Positions 1 through 8,068 are shown, numbered from the stretch's first letter. The stretch is 33,931 nucleotides of DNA from Kiritimatiellia bacterium (GCA_017628165.1 JAGBZQ010000010.1:1-33931), one strand, 5' to 3'. Notes: generated by a model not told the origin, from the sequence alone. Numbers and translations: made by a program.

Positions 1-1522
1 CTATCGTCGGCTCGTCAAGAACGTAGAGAACCCCCGTAAGCCCCGAACCAATCTGCGTGGCAAGGCGAATACGCTGCATTTCGCCTCCGGAAAGCGTGGA
101 CGACGGGCGATCAAGCGTCAGATATTCGAGCCCCACATCGATCAAAAACTGAAGCCGGCGGCGGATCTCCTTTAAGACCTCGCCAAGCCCTGCGAACGAC
201 GGATCATTCTCATCAAGCGTCTCGAAGAACCCAAGACATTCCGCAATGGGCATCGCCATCACTTCCACAATCGTCTTTCCGGCAACGCGCGCCGCACGAG
301 ACTCAGGCCTTAAGCGTGCTCCCGCGCACTCGGGACAGACCTTGAAGCTCTGATACGCCTCGTACTTTGCACGCGTCTCTTCGTCCTCGGCCTCATCAAG
401 ACGCTTTTGAAGAGTCGCAAGAACCCCTTCAAAGGGCTTATCCACGTTACGCCACGGAAGAGCGAGATCCTCCTTGAAACCGTGCATCAAATCACGCCTG
501 AACGATGCGGGCAAATCGCGGTATGGCGTATTTAAGTCCACATTGTTCTGCCTGGCAATCTCCTCCAGGAGGGCGTTGTAATACATTATCGCATTATGCC
601 CGGCGCGGCGCCACGGATGGATGCACTCCCTCAGCGGAAGCGTTTTGTCGGGCACCACCAGATCCTCGTCGAAGAAGTAAAGCTGCCCCAATCCCGAACA
701 GACGGGACACGCGCCAAACGGCGAATTGAACGAAAAGCTCCGGGGCCTGAGCTCGTCAAATGAAATCCCGCACTCCGGGCAGGCGTTTAGCTCCGAATAA
801 GCCTGAATTTCGCCCTTCTCGCCTAAAAACTCCACGTAAAGCGATCCTCCGCCCTCCTTGAGAGAAAGCTCCACAGAATCGGTAAGGCGCGTCCTGTCAC
901 ACGGAAGAACAAGACGATCAATAACAATTTCAATGTTATGCGCCTTCTTGCCGTCAATCTCAGCAACCTCCTCGATGAGCGAGACAACGCCATCCACGCG
1001 CACACGGGCAAAGCCCTTACGCTTAAGCTCCTGGAAGAGATTTTCGTGCCTCCCCTTCTTACCCTTTATTACGGGCGCGTAAACAACGGCTCTTCCCTCC
1101 CGCTTAAGAAGAGCGTCCACAATCTCCTCCGCGCTCTGGCGGCGGACGGCCCTCCCGCACTTCGGACAGTAGGGCACAGCCGCAGAGCCATAGAGAAGGC
1201 GCAGGTAATCGTGAATCTCCGTAACTGTAGCCACGATCGAGCGCGGGTTTCCGCTCGTCGTGCGCTGCTCGATAGAAATCGCGGGGCTTAAGCCCTCTAT
1301 CTTGTCGACCTTGGGCTTGGCAAGACGATCAAGAAACTGCCGCGCATAGGCGCTTAAGGATTCCACATAGCGCCGCTGACCCTCCGCATAGAGAGTATCA
1401 AACGCAAGCGATGATTTTCCACTTCCGGAAAGCCCGGTCACAACCGTAAGAGACGAACGCGGAATCGTTACATCGATTCCGCGCAAATTGTGCATCCTGG
1501 CATTTACGATTTCTATATCCAT
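1..1522 (-). CDS. uvrA: Excinuclease ABC subunit A (UvrA), first ~507 codons. The 3' end runs off the left edge of the window.
   Basis: It is absent from the ORF track because it is open at the edge. My translation from the ATG at 1522 reads MDIEIVNARMHNLRGIDVTIPRSSLTVVTGLSGSGKSSLAFDTLYAEGQRRYVESLSAYARQF. It has a Walker A motif (GLSGSGKSS) and the zinc modules VPYCPKCGR and CPECGISFDELRPRSFSFNSPFGACPVCSG. The ABC signature and Walker B (LSGGEMQRIRLATQIGSGLTGVLYVLDEPTI) sit at the window edge. The frame is uninterrupted from 1522 to 1. Confidence 0.95.
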   Translation of the reverse strand, partial: MDIEIVNARMHNLRGIDVTIPRSSLTVVTGLSGSGKSSLAFDTLYAEGQRRYVESLSAYARQFLDRLAKPKVDKIEGLSPAISIEQRTTSGNPRSIVATVTEIHDYLRLLYGSAAVPYCPKCGRAVRRQSAEEIVDALLKREGRAVVYAPVIKGKKGRHENLFQELKRKGFARVRVDGVVSLIEEVAEIDGKKAHNIEIVIDRLVLPCDRTRLTDSVELSLKEGGGSLYVEFLGEKGEIQAYSELNACPECGISFDELRPRSFSFNSPFGACPVCSGLGQLYFFDEDLVVPDKTLPLRECIHPWRRAGHNAIMYYNALLEEIARQNNVDLNTPYRDLPASFRRDLMHGFKEDLALPWRNVDKPFEGVLATLQKRLDEAEDEETRAKYEAYQSFKVCPECAGARLRPESRAARVAGKTIVEVMAMPIAECLGFFETLDENDPSFAGLGEVLKEIRRRLQFLIDVGLEYLTLDRPSSTLSGGEMQRIRLATQIGSGLTGVLYVLDEPTI

Positions 1523-1528
1523 GATGCA

Positions 1529-3067
1529 TCAGCCGTTTTTGGCGTCGAACGCCAGAATGAACTCTGGATTCGACTGCGTCTTCTTGAGACTCGTAAGAAT
1601 GCTCTTCATCGAAGACTCCGCGCCTGCCGGGGCAAGAATCCTGCGAATCGCCCATGTCTTCTCAAGCTCCATGGGCGCAAGGAGAAGATCCTCCTTTCTG
1701 GTGCCGGACTTCTCGATGTCCATCGCAGGGAAAATGCGCTTGTCGGCCAGCGAGCGGTCAAGGACAATCTCCATATTGCCCGTGCCCTTGAACTCTTCAA
1801 AGATCACTTCGTCCATGCGCGAGCCTGTATCCACAAGGCCGGTGGCAATAATTGTAAGCGATCCGCCGCGCTCAATGTTGCGAGCCGCACCGAAGAAGCG
1901 CTTGGGCCTGTGGAGCGCAAGCGCGTCCACGCCGCCCGTCAAAATCTTGCCGGAATGCGGCTGAACGGTATTGTAGGCGCGCGCCATACGCGTAATGGAG
2001 TCGAGAAGGATGATGACGTCGCGGCCGTTCTCCACCTGACGTTTGGACATTTCAATCACCATTTCCGCCACGTTTACGTGATGCTGGGGCTCTTCGTCAA
2101 ACGTAGAGGAAAGAACCATCGCCTTTGTGTTGCGCTGCATATCCGTCACTTCCTCAGGGCGTTCATCAATGAGAAGAATAATGAGCATCGCATCTGGATG
2201 GTTGGCGGAAATGGCGTTGGCCATCTTCTGGAGCAGAACCGTCTTTCCGACGCGCGGCGGAGCGATAATGAGACCGCGCTGACCAAAACCGATCGGCGTG
2301 AAAAGATCAATAACGCGCGTAGAATACTCCGTGGGCGCGGTTTCGAGAATGATACGGCGCGTAGGGAACGTGGGAATCAAATTCTCAAAGTGAATTACGC
2401 GCGCCGCCACAGACGGCTCCTTGCCGTTCACCGTGTTCACATTGCCGAGGCAGAAAAAGCGGTCGCGGTCGCGCGGATCGCGGATGGGACCTTCGATAAT
2501 ATCGCCCGTTCTCAAAGCATGGCGGCGGATCTGCTGCTGTGTCACAAACACATCCTCGGGGCACGCGAGGAAGTTGTTCTTGGCCGAACGGAGGAAGCCG
2601 TGGCCTTCGCGGACGATTTCAAGACAACCGCTCGCAAGAACGGCGCCGCCCTTGGCAAGATAACTGCGTATGGCGGCAAAGATAAGCTCATGCTTTCTAT
2701 ATGTGCCAAGCTCCTCGGGATCCGCCCCCGGCATCATGGAATCGACGATCTGCTGCGCCGGCCAAATCTGAATATCAGAAAGGCGATACTCGGGCAGATC
2801 GCTGTTGCGGTTAGGATTGTTAGGCACCTCCTGATTCTGAGCGCGCTGCCCCTGCGGCAGCGGAGCGTTAAGGAGGGGATTTACAGATTCCGAACCGTTT
2901 GCACCCCTGATAGGGGAATTATTCACCTTCTCCCGGCGCTGATGCTGATGGGGCTTGTGGAACTGCTTCTTGGGATTCTGCTGCCCAGCAGAATTTGCCG
3001 CGGGTGCATTCTGAACAAGGCGCTGAGCCTTCTGCGGCTGCGCAAATACATCTAATTCGTCTGCCAT
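1529..3067 (-). CDS. rho: Transcription termination factor Rho, 512 aa, with a ~95-aa low-complexity N-terminal extension
   Basis: The ORF-track protein has the Rho RNA-binding core (GCLEIVREGHGFLRS, FVTQQQIRRHALRTGD). It has a Walker A motif (APPRVGKTVLLQ) and the C-terminal signature RIFPAMDIEKSGTRKEDLL. An AAAGAGG RBS lies about 6 nt upstream of the ATG at 3067. Confidence 0.97.
   Translation of the reverse strand: MADELDVFAQPQKAQRLVQNAPAANSAGQQNPKKQFHKPHQHQRREKVNNSPIRGANGSESVNPLLNAPLPQGQRAQNQEVPNNPNRNSDLPEYRLSDIQIWPAQQIVDSMMPGADPEELGTYRKHELIFAAIRSYLAKGGAVLASGCLEIVREGHGFLRSAKNNFLACPEDVFVTQQQIRRHALRTGDIIEGPIRDPRDRDRFFCLGNVNTVNGKEPSVAARVIHFENLIPTFPTRRIILETAPTEYSTRVIDLFTPIGFGQRGLIIAPPRVGKTVLLQKMANAISANHPDAMLIILLIDERPEEVTDMQRNTKAMVLSSTFDEEPQHHVNVAEMVIEMSKRQVENGRDVIILLDSITRMARAYNTVQPHSGKILTGGVDALALHRPKRFFGAARNIERGGSLTIIATGLVDTGSRMDEVIFEEFKGTGNMEIVLDRSLADKRIFPAMDIEKSGTRKEDLLLAPMELEKTWAIRRILAPAGAESSMKSILTSLKKTQSNPEFILAFDAKNG
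2798..3067 (-). other. N/Q/P-rich, probably disordered N-terminal extension of Rho (first ~90 codons)
   Basis: By my count, residues 1-90 contain 13 Q, 13 N and 10 P. The canonical Rho N-terminal helix bundle (LSDIQIW...RKHELIFAAIRSY) only starts at about residue 96. Confidence 0.7.
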
Positions 3068-3087
3068 ACGAACCTCTTTATCGTGTG

Positions 3088-3606
3088 TCAGGATCTTGAA
3101 GCGAGATATTGAACAAACTTGACGGCCTGAGCTTTCAAATTATCTTCAGTTGAATCGTTCAAGATCACATAATCGGATCTTCTGGCCTTCTCCTCAGCAT
3201 CCATCTGCGCTGCGAGACGGGCCAACGCCTCCTCATGGGTATAGCCGCGATTTGCGACCATTCGCTCAATTTGCTTTTCCCTTGAGGAGATAACGCACGC
3301 TATTATATCATAATCTTTCTCCCATTGCACCTCGAATAATAAAGGCACGACGGCAATTGTCGGGGAAGAGCCCCCGTCAATGGCTTCCATGAGAGCCTTA
3401 CGGACGATGGGATGAATGCGAGCTTCAAGCTTTTTGCGCTCTTCAGGATTGTTAAAGACAATCTTCCTGAGGCGCGCGCGCTCCTCCTCCGGAATCAGGG
3501 AATGAACGATATCATCGGCATCAATCGTTTTGACACCAAGCTCGTTCAAATAACGGCAAAGGAGGGATTTGCCAGAAGCAATCCCTCCCGTGAGACATAC
3601 TTTCAT
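3088..3606 (-). CDS. coaE: Dephospho-CoA kinase, short form (172 aa)
   Basis: The N-terminal P-loop is MKVCLTGGIASGKS, followed by IDADDIVH, then RKIVFNNPEERKKLEARIHPIVR and AVVPLLFE. All are typical CoaE motifs. The start lies 8 nt after the secretin stop. Confidence 0.9.
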   Translation of the reverse strand: MKVCLTGGIASGKSLLCRYLNELGVKTIDADDIVHSLIPEEERARLRKIVFNNPEERKKLEARIHPIVRKALMEAIDGGSSPTIAVVPLLFEVQWEKDYDIIACVISSREKQIERMVANRGYTHEEALARLAAQMDAEEKARRSDYVILNDSTEDNLKAQAVKFVQYLASRS

Positions 3607-3614
3607 GATGCCTT

Positions 3615-6600
3615 TTATTTCTGCTCGGGTGCTGCCAAAACAGCGCCGTCATTCTTGGATCCATCACCGCTCGTGGAAACCACAACCTCGCGGCCATGAG
3701 GATCCACAAGACGCGTGGTCACGAAGATGAGAAGATTGCGCTTCGAGGACCACTCGGAGTGGCTGCGGAAGAAGCGTCCGAGGAAGGGAATATCGCCCAG
3801 GAACGGAACCTTGTCATCCATGGCCTTGCGCTGCTCGGTAATGAGACCGCCCATCACAATCGTAGCGCCAGGATACACATCCACCTTTGATTCGATTGAG
3901 CGGACATGGAAGAACGGCTGCTCCATCGGGGCGTCATAGTACGTCATGTTCTCTGCACCACTTGAGGAGAGGCTGTCAAGCGCAGATGTGGCAGAATTGA
4001 CGGCCTTCTCGGCAAACGCCTGCTTTACGCCCTTTTCAAGCTCCGTTCCGATGGTGCCCAGAATTCCGGTAAGACCCTCAAAAATCCCGCCGATTCCCTC
4101 GAAGCTCTGAAGCGAGCTGTTGCCCGTGAAAGGAATGCGCATACCGTAGTTCTTCCACGTAGGCTCGTCAACCACCTGTGCGTTGATATCAAGGCTGATG
4201 AGGCTGGAGCTTCCCTCGTTCATCGTGGGCGTAACATCAAGGATCACGCCAACTTCACGCATATCGAACTCGCCAGGCTCAACGATTGCAAGAATGGCGC
4301 TCTGGGAATTGCCGCCGTAATTGCCGCCGCCGGAAGAGCTGCTGGACTGGAGCTGGACATCATAATCCTTAGGATACCTATACTCCGTGACCACCTTGAT
4401 TACCGCCTGCTCGTTGGCGCGGGCAAGAACCTTCGGTGCAGAGAGAAGATCCGTATCGCTACGCTGCGAGAGCATGTGAAGAATCATCGAGAGATCGGCA
4501 TTGCCGAGGAAGGCATTGACGCGCATGAACTGATCGTTCGTGGAATAGCCCTCGCCGGAAATATGGTTGCCAAGCGTGGAGAGGTAGCGGTTGTTCATGC
4601 CATAGCCGGACTTGCCGTCCATCGCATTGATTCCAAGGTTTCCACCTTTACCCCTGACCCATGAAGCACCTGAAGTAGGCTGCTTCACATTTGCACCTAC
4701 GGTAGAGGAAGGCCCGGTGACGCCTGGCTTAACGAACTGATCCGGCGGGTTGTTGATGCCTGAACTACCATCACTTTCCACCCCAGAAGAATTTACGGAA
4801 GCATCCCACACGCCACGATTGAGATTGAGCGCGCGACCAATGTGCTTCCCGAGATTAAGGGAGTAGTCGCTGTTTAAAATCCACTCAAAGCCGAGCGAAT
4901 TGAGATCGTCCTGGGAGACTTCCACGAAACGCGTTTCGATCTCAATGAGCGTGGTACTGGCGTTGATGTCGTTGAGCGCATTCTGGATAAGGGCGATATT
5001 CTCCTGTGTATTCTTGACGTAGAGTCTGCCGAGAGTCTTCACATAAGCGATAGACGATCCGTCCGGCCAATCAACATCCATAAAGGAGAAGAATGTCTTG
5101 AGGCTCATCTCCTTGGCCGCGCTCTCGGAGTCGCTGCTGCCAGCGGCGAATCCGCCGTTCTTATCGGTGAGCCCCTGAACTTCCTCGGAGGCCTGCTGCA
5201 CACGCTCCTCGAAATTCGGTAGTACGGGGAAGTCACGCGAAACCATCTCGTCTGCGGAATCACGCTTGTCCATGATCATAATCATGGGACCCTTGATGAC
5301 GTACTTGTAGTCCACCGCTTCGCAAACGAGCTTGAGAGCGTCGGCAAAAGAAATCTTGATGGCGGAAAGCATGGGGATCTCGGGCACGCCAGTATCCTTG
5401 GCGGCACCGGCATCCACGGAGTCGTCAGCGGCGAAGCCGCCGCCAGCATCATCAGCTGTTTCTGCGGCTGCGGCAGACTTGACGTAATTCACCTTGCGCG
5501 GCTTGACGAAGAAGTTAAATCCGCGCTCATCCTCCTGCTTCTGCTGATCGTCAAGATCCTTACTGGCCTGACGGAAGAATTCAATGGCGTCATTGAGCGT
5601 GGCCGGCGGCTTGAAGGAGATGGACTGAAGCTCCATCTTCTGCATACGCATGAGAATATCCTGCTCGATCGTATACTCCGAATCTCCGACGCTGGGCTTC
5701 TTCGTGGTCTCGCTCACGTTTTCAACGGAACGGGCGGTAAGCGCGTAAGTGGGCCTCCAAGCCTCGTCCACATCGGCAATCATACCCTCACGCGTAGCCT
5801 TGCGCTCCTGCTTAAGGATAACGGCGCGCTTCTCGTGGATTTTCTTGCGAAGACGGATAGCCTCCTGATTGTGCTTGTCAGACTGAAGAACGAGATCGCA
5901 CTCGGCAAGCGCGCGGTCGAGATCGCGAACCGCGAGGAAATGCTGCGAACGCTTAAGATGCTTGGCGATCTTGGCACGTTCGGACTTGTAATCTTCGTCG
6001 TTGCGACGATGTGAAATCTCACTGTAATCAGTCTTGTTTGCGTCAGGATCGCCCTCGGCTACCCATGCCTCATACTGACGGCGAGCCTTCGGATGGCGAC
6101 GCTCAATGGCCTTCTGCATAAGCTTAAGAGCCTTTTCGCGCCTACCCGTCTGATCCTCCTGAATGGCCGCGCGGTACAAACCTTCCGCCACTCCGTCATC
6201 ACACTTCTTGCGCAGATACGCAAGCTGAGGAGCGGAATTCAGCAACCCCATCGCCTGCACGTAATACCTGACGGCGGCCTCATAATCCTCAGCAAGCATG
6301 CACTTGTCCGCTTCTTCGATCGTGCGCTCGGCCTGAATCTTGAATGTCTTAAAACGGAGTTCCTGCGCCGTACGGAGCTGAGCCATAAGCTTACGCTCCT
6401 CAGCCGAGAGATTTGACACCTCTTCTTTTGCGGCAAGCGCTTTCTCCGGCGCCGTACCACCTGCTGCAGGCTCTGCCTTTTCTTCCGTTGGAGAGTCAGA
6501 GGAAAGCTCATTGAGAAGATCAACTACCTCCTCGGCAAGATTATCCTCCTTAACCGGCTCTGCGGGAGCTTCCTTTACGGGCTCGGCATCAGCCTCTTTA

Positions 6601-6938
6601 ACCGGCTCCGCGGGTGCTTCCACAGGCACAACCTCCGCTTCCTTTACAGGCTCGGCGGGAGCTTCCTTTACGGGCTCGGCATCAGCCTCCTTAACCGGCT
6701 CCGCAGGAACATCCTCAGGCTCAGGCTCAGAGACCTTCTCCTCCTTCGCAGGAACCAGAGGAGCCGCCGCAGCCGGTTTTTCCGGCTCCGCAACCTTCTC
6801 CTCCTTGACAGGAGTCTTTTCCTCAAGCCCTTCTAAAAGAGCTTCGAGGTCATCCTGCGCAACGGCATTATAACCAGCCACAACGGCTACAGCCGCTGCG
6901 CCTATGGCAAAAAAGTTCCTTAAGGTCGTCATATTCAA
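3615..6938 (-). CDS. Large type II/IV-family outer-membrane secretin (PilQ/GspD-like, 1107 aa) with a signal peptide, an acidic AEPVKE repeat linker and a TPR-like helical region
   Basis: The signal peptide is FFAIGAAAVAVVAGYNAVAQD. The secretin core starts at LIEIETRFVEVSQDDLNSLGFEW. The canonical C-terminal motifs are DLLSAPKVLARANEQAVIKV and VPFLGDIPFLGRFFRSHSEWSSKRNLLIFVTTRLV. The track start is a TTG at 6938, 7 nt after AAGGAG; an ATG at 6932 is an alternative. Confidence 0.88.
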   Translation of the reverse strand: MNMTTLRNFFAIGAAAVAVVAGYNAVAQDDLEALLEGLEEKTPVKEEKVAEPEKPAAAAPLVPAKEEKVSEPEPEDVPAEPVKEADAEPVKEAPAEPVKEAEVVPVEAPAEPVKEADAEPVKEAPAEPVKEDNLAEEVVDLLNELSSDSPTEEKAEPAAGGTAPEKALAAKEEVSNLSAEERKLMAQLRTAQELRFKTFKIQAERTIEEADKCMLAEDYEAAVRYYVQAMGLLNSAPQLAYLRKKCDDGVAEGLYRAAIQEDQTGRREKALKLMQKAIERRHPKARRQYEAWVAEGDPDANKTDYSEISHRRNDEDYKSERAKIAKHLKRSQHFLAVRDLDRALAECDLVLQSDKHNQEAIRLRKKIHEKRAVILKQERKATREGMIADVDEAWRPTYALTARSVENVSETTKKPSVGDSEYTIEQDILMRMQKMELQSISFKPPATLNDAIEFFRQASKDLDDQQKQEDERGFNFFVKPRKVNYVKSAAAAETADDAGGGFAADDSVDAGAAKDTGVPEIPMLSAIKISFADALKLVCEAVDYKYVIKGPMIMIMDKRDSADEMVSRDFPVLPNFEERVQQASEEVQGLTDKNGGFAAGSSDSESAAKEMSLKTFFSFMDVDWPDGSSIAYVKTLGRLYVKNTQENIALIQNALNDINASTTLIEIETRFVEVSQDDLNSLGFEWILNSDYSLNLGKHIGRALNLNRGVWDASVNSSGVESDGSSGINNPPDQFVKPGVTGPSSTVGANVKQPTSGASWVRGKGGNLGINAMDGKSGYGMNNRYLSTLGNHISGEGYSTNDQFMRVNAFLGNADLSMILHMLSQRSDTDLLSAPKVLARANEQAVIKVVTEYRYPKDYDVQLQSSSSSGGGNYGGNSQSAILAIVEPGEFDMREVGVILDVTPTMNEGSSSLISLDINAQVVDEPTWKNYGMRIPFTGNSSLQSFEGIGGIFEGLTGILGTIGTELEKGVKQAFAEKAVNSATSALDSLSSSGAENMTYYDAPMEQPFFHVRSIESKVDVYPGATIVMGGLITEQRKAMDDKVPFLGDIPFLGRFFRSHSEWSSKRNLLIFVTTRLVDPHGREVVVSTSGDGSKNDGAVLAAPEQK
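6534..6821 (-). repeat. In-frame acidic P/E/K/A-rich repeat region inside the secretin gene, including a near-identical 93-nt-period duplication
   Basis: The protein reads PAEPVKEADAEPVKEAPAEPVKE ... PAEPVKEADAEPVKEAPAEPVKE. At the DNA level, the 48-nt core gggagcttcctttacgggctcggcatcagcctcYttaaccggctccgc occurs at 6564-6611 and at 6657-6704 with one mismatch. Confidence 0.9.
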
Positions 6939-6945
6939 AACAATT

Positions 6946-6996
6946 CTCCTTGGATATTATCAAATATATTATACCTTATTTCCGATTACGGTTCAA
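6946..6996 (-). promoter_or_regulatory. Putative sigma70-type promoter plus RBS for the secretin gene
   Basis: On the minus strand, TTGAAC (6996-6991) is followed by a 17-nt spacer and then TATAAT (6973-6968). AAGGAG (6951-6946) follows. The -35 element overlaps the last codons of the upstream gene. This is motif matching only. Confidence 0.4.
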
Positions 6997-8068
6997 GTAC
7001 GTCTATAACACGCTCGCGAAGGGTTCTGAGATTCTTAACCTTCACAACACCCCGCTTGCCGTCTTTTTTAACCTCCAGCGTCTTAAATTCCGTATCGAGA
7101 ACTTTAAACGTTTCGCCTTCAGCCACCTTGAATTCAAGCGTCTTGCCGCGATTGAACACCACCTTTGCGCGGACATCGGTGGGGGTCGGGGATTTATCGA
7201 TTACAAGTGCAATGCGCTTGCCGTCTCGTGCGCGCTCCACAATGACCTCGTCGAGCGTGACCGTAATCGCCATTTCCATGCCAGGCCTGACGACCTTCTT
7301 GGATTTCGCCACGAACGATCTCACCACAAAGCCCGTATCGCCGATCTGCTCACCCTCGAACGCGCGATAATTGCCATGCCCCAACTCGGCCTCCTTGCCG
7401 GGCATCTTGAATTGGAAGCGAAGCTTCCCGTTGATCTTCTCCTTCTTGATGAACTTAAGGAGCGTATACTCCTGCTCAAAGGGCGCCTCAAGAGAAAGGA
7501 AGTCTATGTAATCAGGATGCGAAGAAGAATCGGAAGGTGAAGTCTTGGCCGTAAACTCCTCCGTGTTGGTAAAGCCGTCGCCGTCCTTGTCGGCATCTGC
7601 ATCCGCCACTAAAGGATCAAGCCCATGCTGCTTCTCGTAGTCGTCAAGAAGCCCGTCCCCGTCAGTATCGAGAACCACCTTGATTTCCTTCTCCTGCATT
7701 TCGCCGCAGAAACGGCACTTCTTGTCCGTAAACGGAATCGGCTTCCCGCATCCGGGCTTGTCGGAGCCTTCGGGGGTAGAGCAGGAAACGCGCATTTCGG
7801 ATGCGAGGAAACTCTTGGCGTCTGCCGGCACCTCGGCGAGAGCGGCACTCTCGACGGCACGCCCGAAAATCTCCTTGGCGGGAGCCAGATCAAATTCCTC
7901 CCCGGCAGTTTTTACAGCTCCGGAATATCCGCCGAAAAATTCATCCTCTTCCCCGGAGACAAGCACGAACTTCACGACTACGACAGCCGCCACGGCCGCG
8001 AATCCCGCAAAAGCCACGAGCTTATGCCACTGCTCCTTCAGAAAATCACCATCACCGCGCGCGCTCAT
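6986..8068 (-). CDS. Membrane-anchored protein (360 aa) with a Cys cluster, two bacterial TSP3-type Ca-binding repeats and a beta-rich C-terminal domain. It occupies the PilP position of the cluster.
   Basis: It has an N-terminal TM helix (LVAFAGFAAVAAVVVVKFVLV) and a C-x10-C-x10-C-x2-C cluster (SCSTPEGSDKPGCGKPIPFTDKKCRFCG). The TSP3 repeats are DTDGDGLLDDYEKQHGLDP and DKDGDGFTNTEEFTAKTSP. An ATGA start/stop overlap with the upstream gene lies at 8065-8068. The function is assigned by position only. Confidence 0.75.
   Translation of the reverse strand: MSARGDGDFLKEQWHKLVAFAGFAAVAAVVVVKFVLVSGEEDEFFGGYSGAVKTAGEEFDLAPAKEIFGRAVESAALAEVPADAKSFLASEMRVSCSTPEGSDKPGCGKPIPFTDKKCRFCGEMQEKEIKVVLDTDGDGLLDDYEKQHGLDPLVADADADKDGDGFTNTEEFTAKTSPSDSSSHPDYIDFLSLEAPFEQEYTLLKFIKKEKINGKLRFQFKMPGKEAELGHGNYRAFEGEQIGDTGFVVRSFVAKSKKVVRPGMEMAITVTLDEVIVERARDGKRIALVIDKSPTPTDVRAKVVFNRGKTLEFKVAEGETFKVLDTEFKTLEVKKDGKRGVVKVKNLRTLRERVIDVLEP

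Noticed and set aside
1-1522. A possible pseudogene or frameshift in uvrA, because no matching ORF appears in the track
   Set aside because: My manual translation shows one uninterrupted frame from the ATG at 1522 to base 1, with all expected UvrA motifs. It is missing from the track only because it has no stop inside the window.
6511-6873. A plus-strand 120-aa ORF with a striking SAGASFTGSASASLTGSAG repeat
   Set aside because: It is the antisense mirror of the AEPVKE repeat in the secretin gene. The repeat belongs to the minus-strand CDS.
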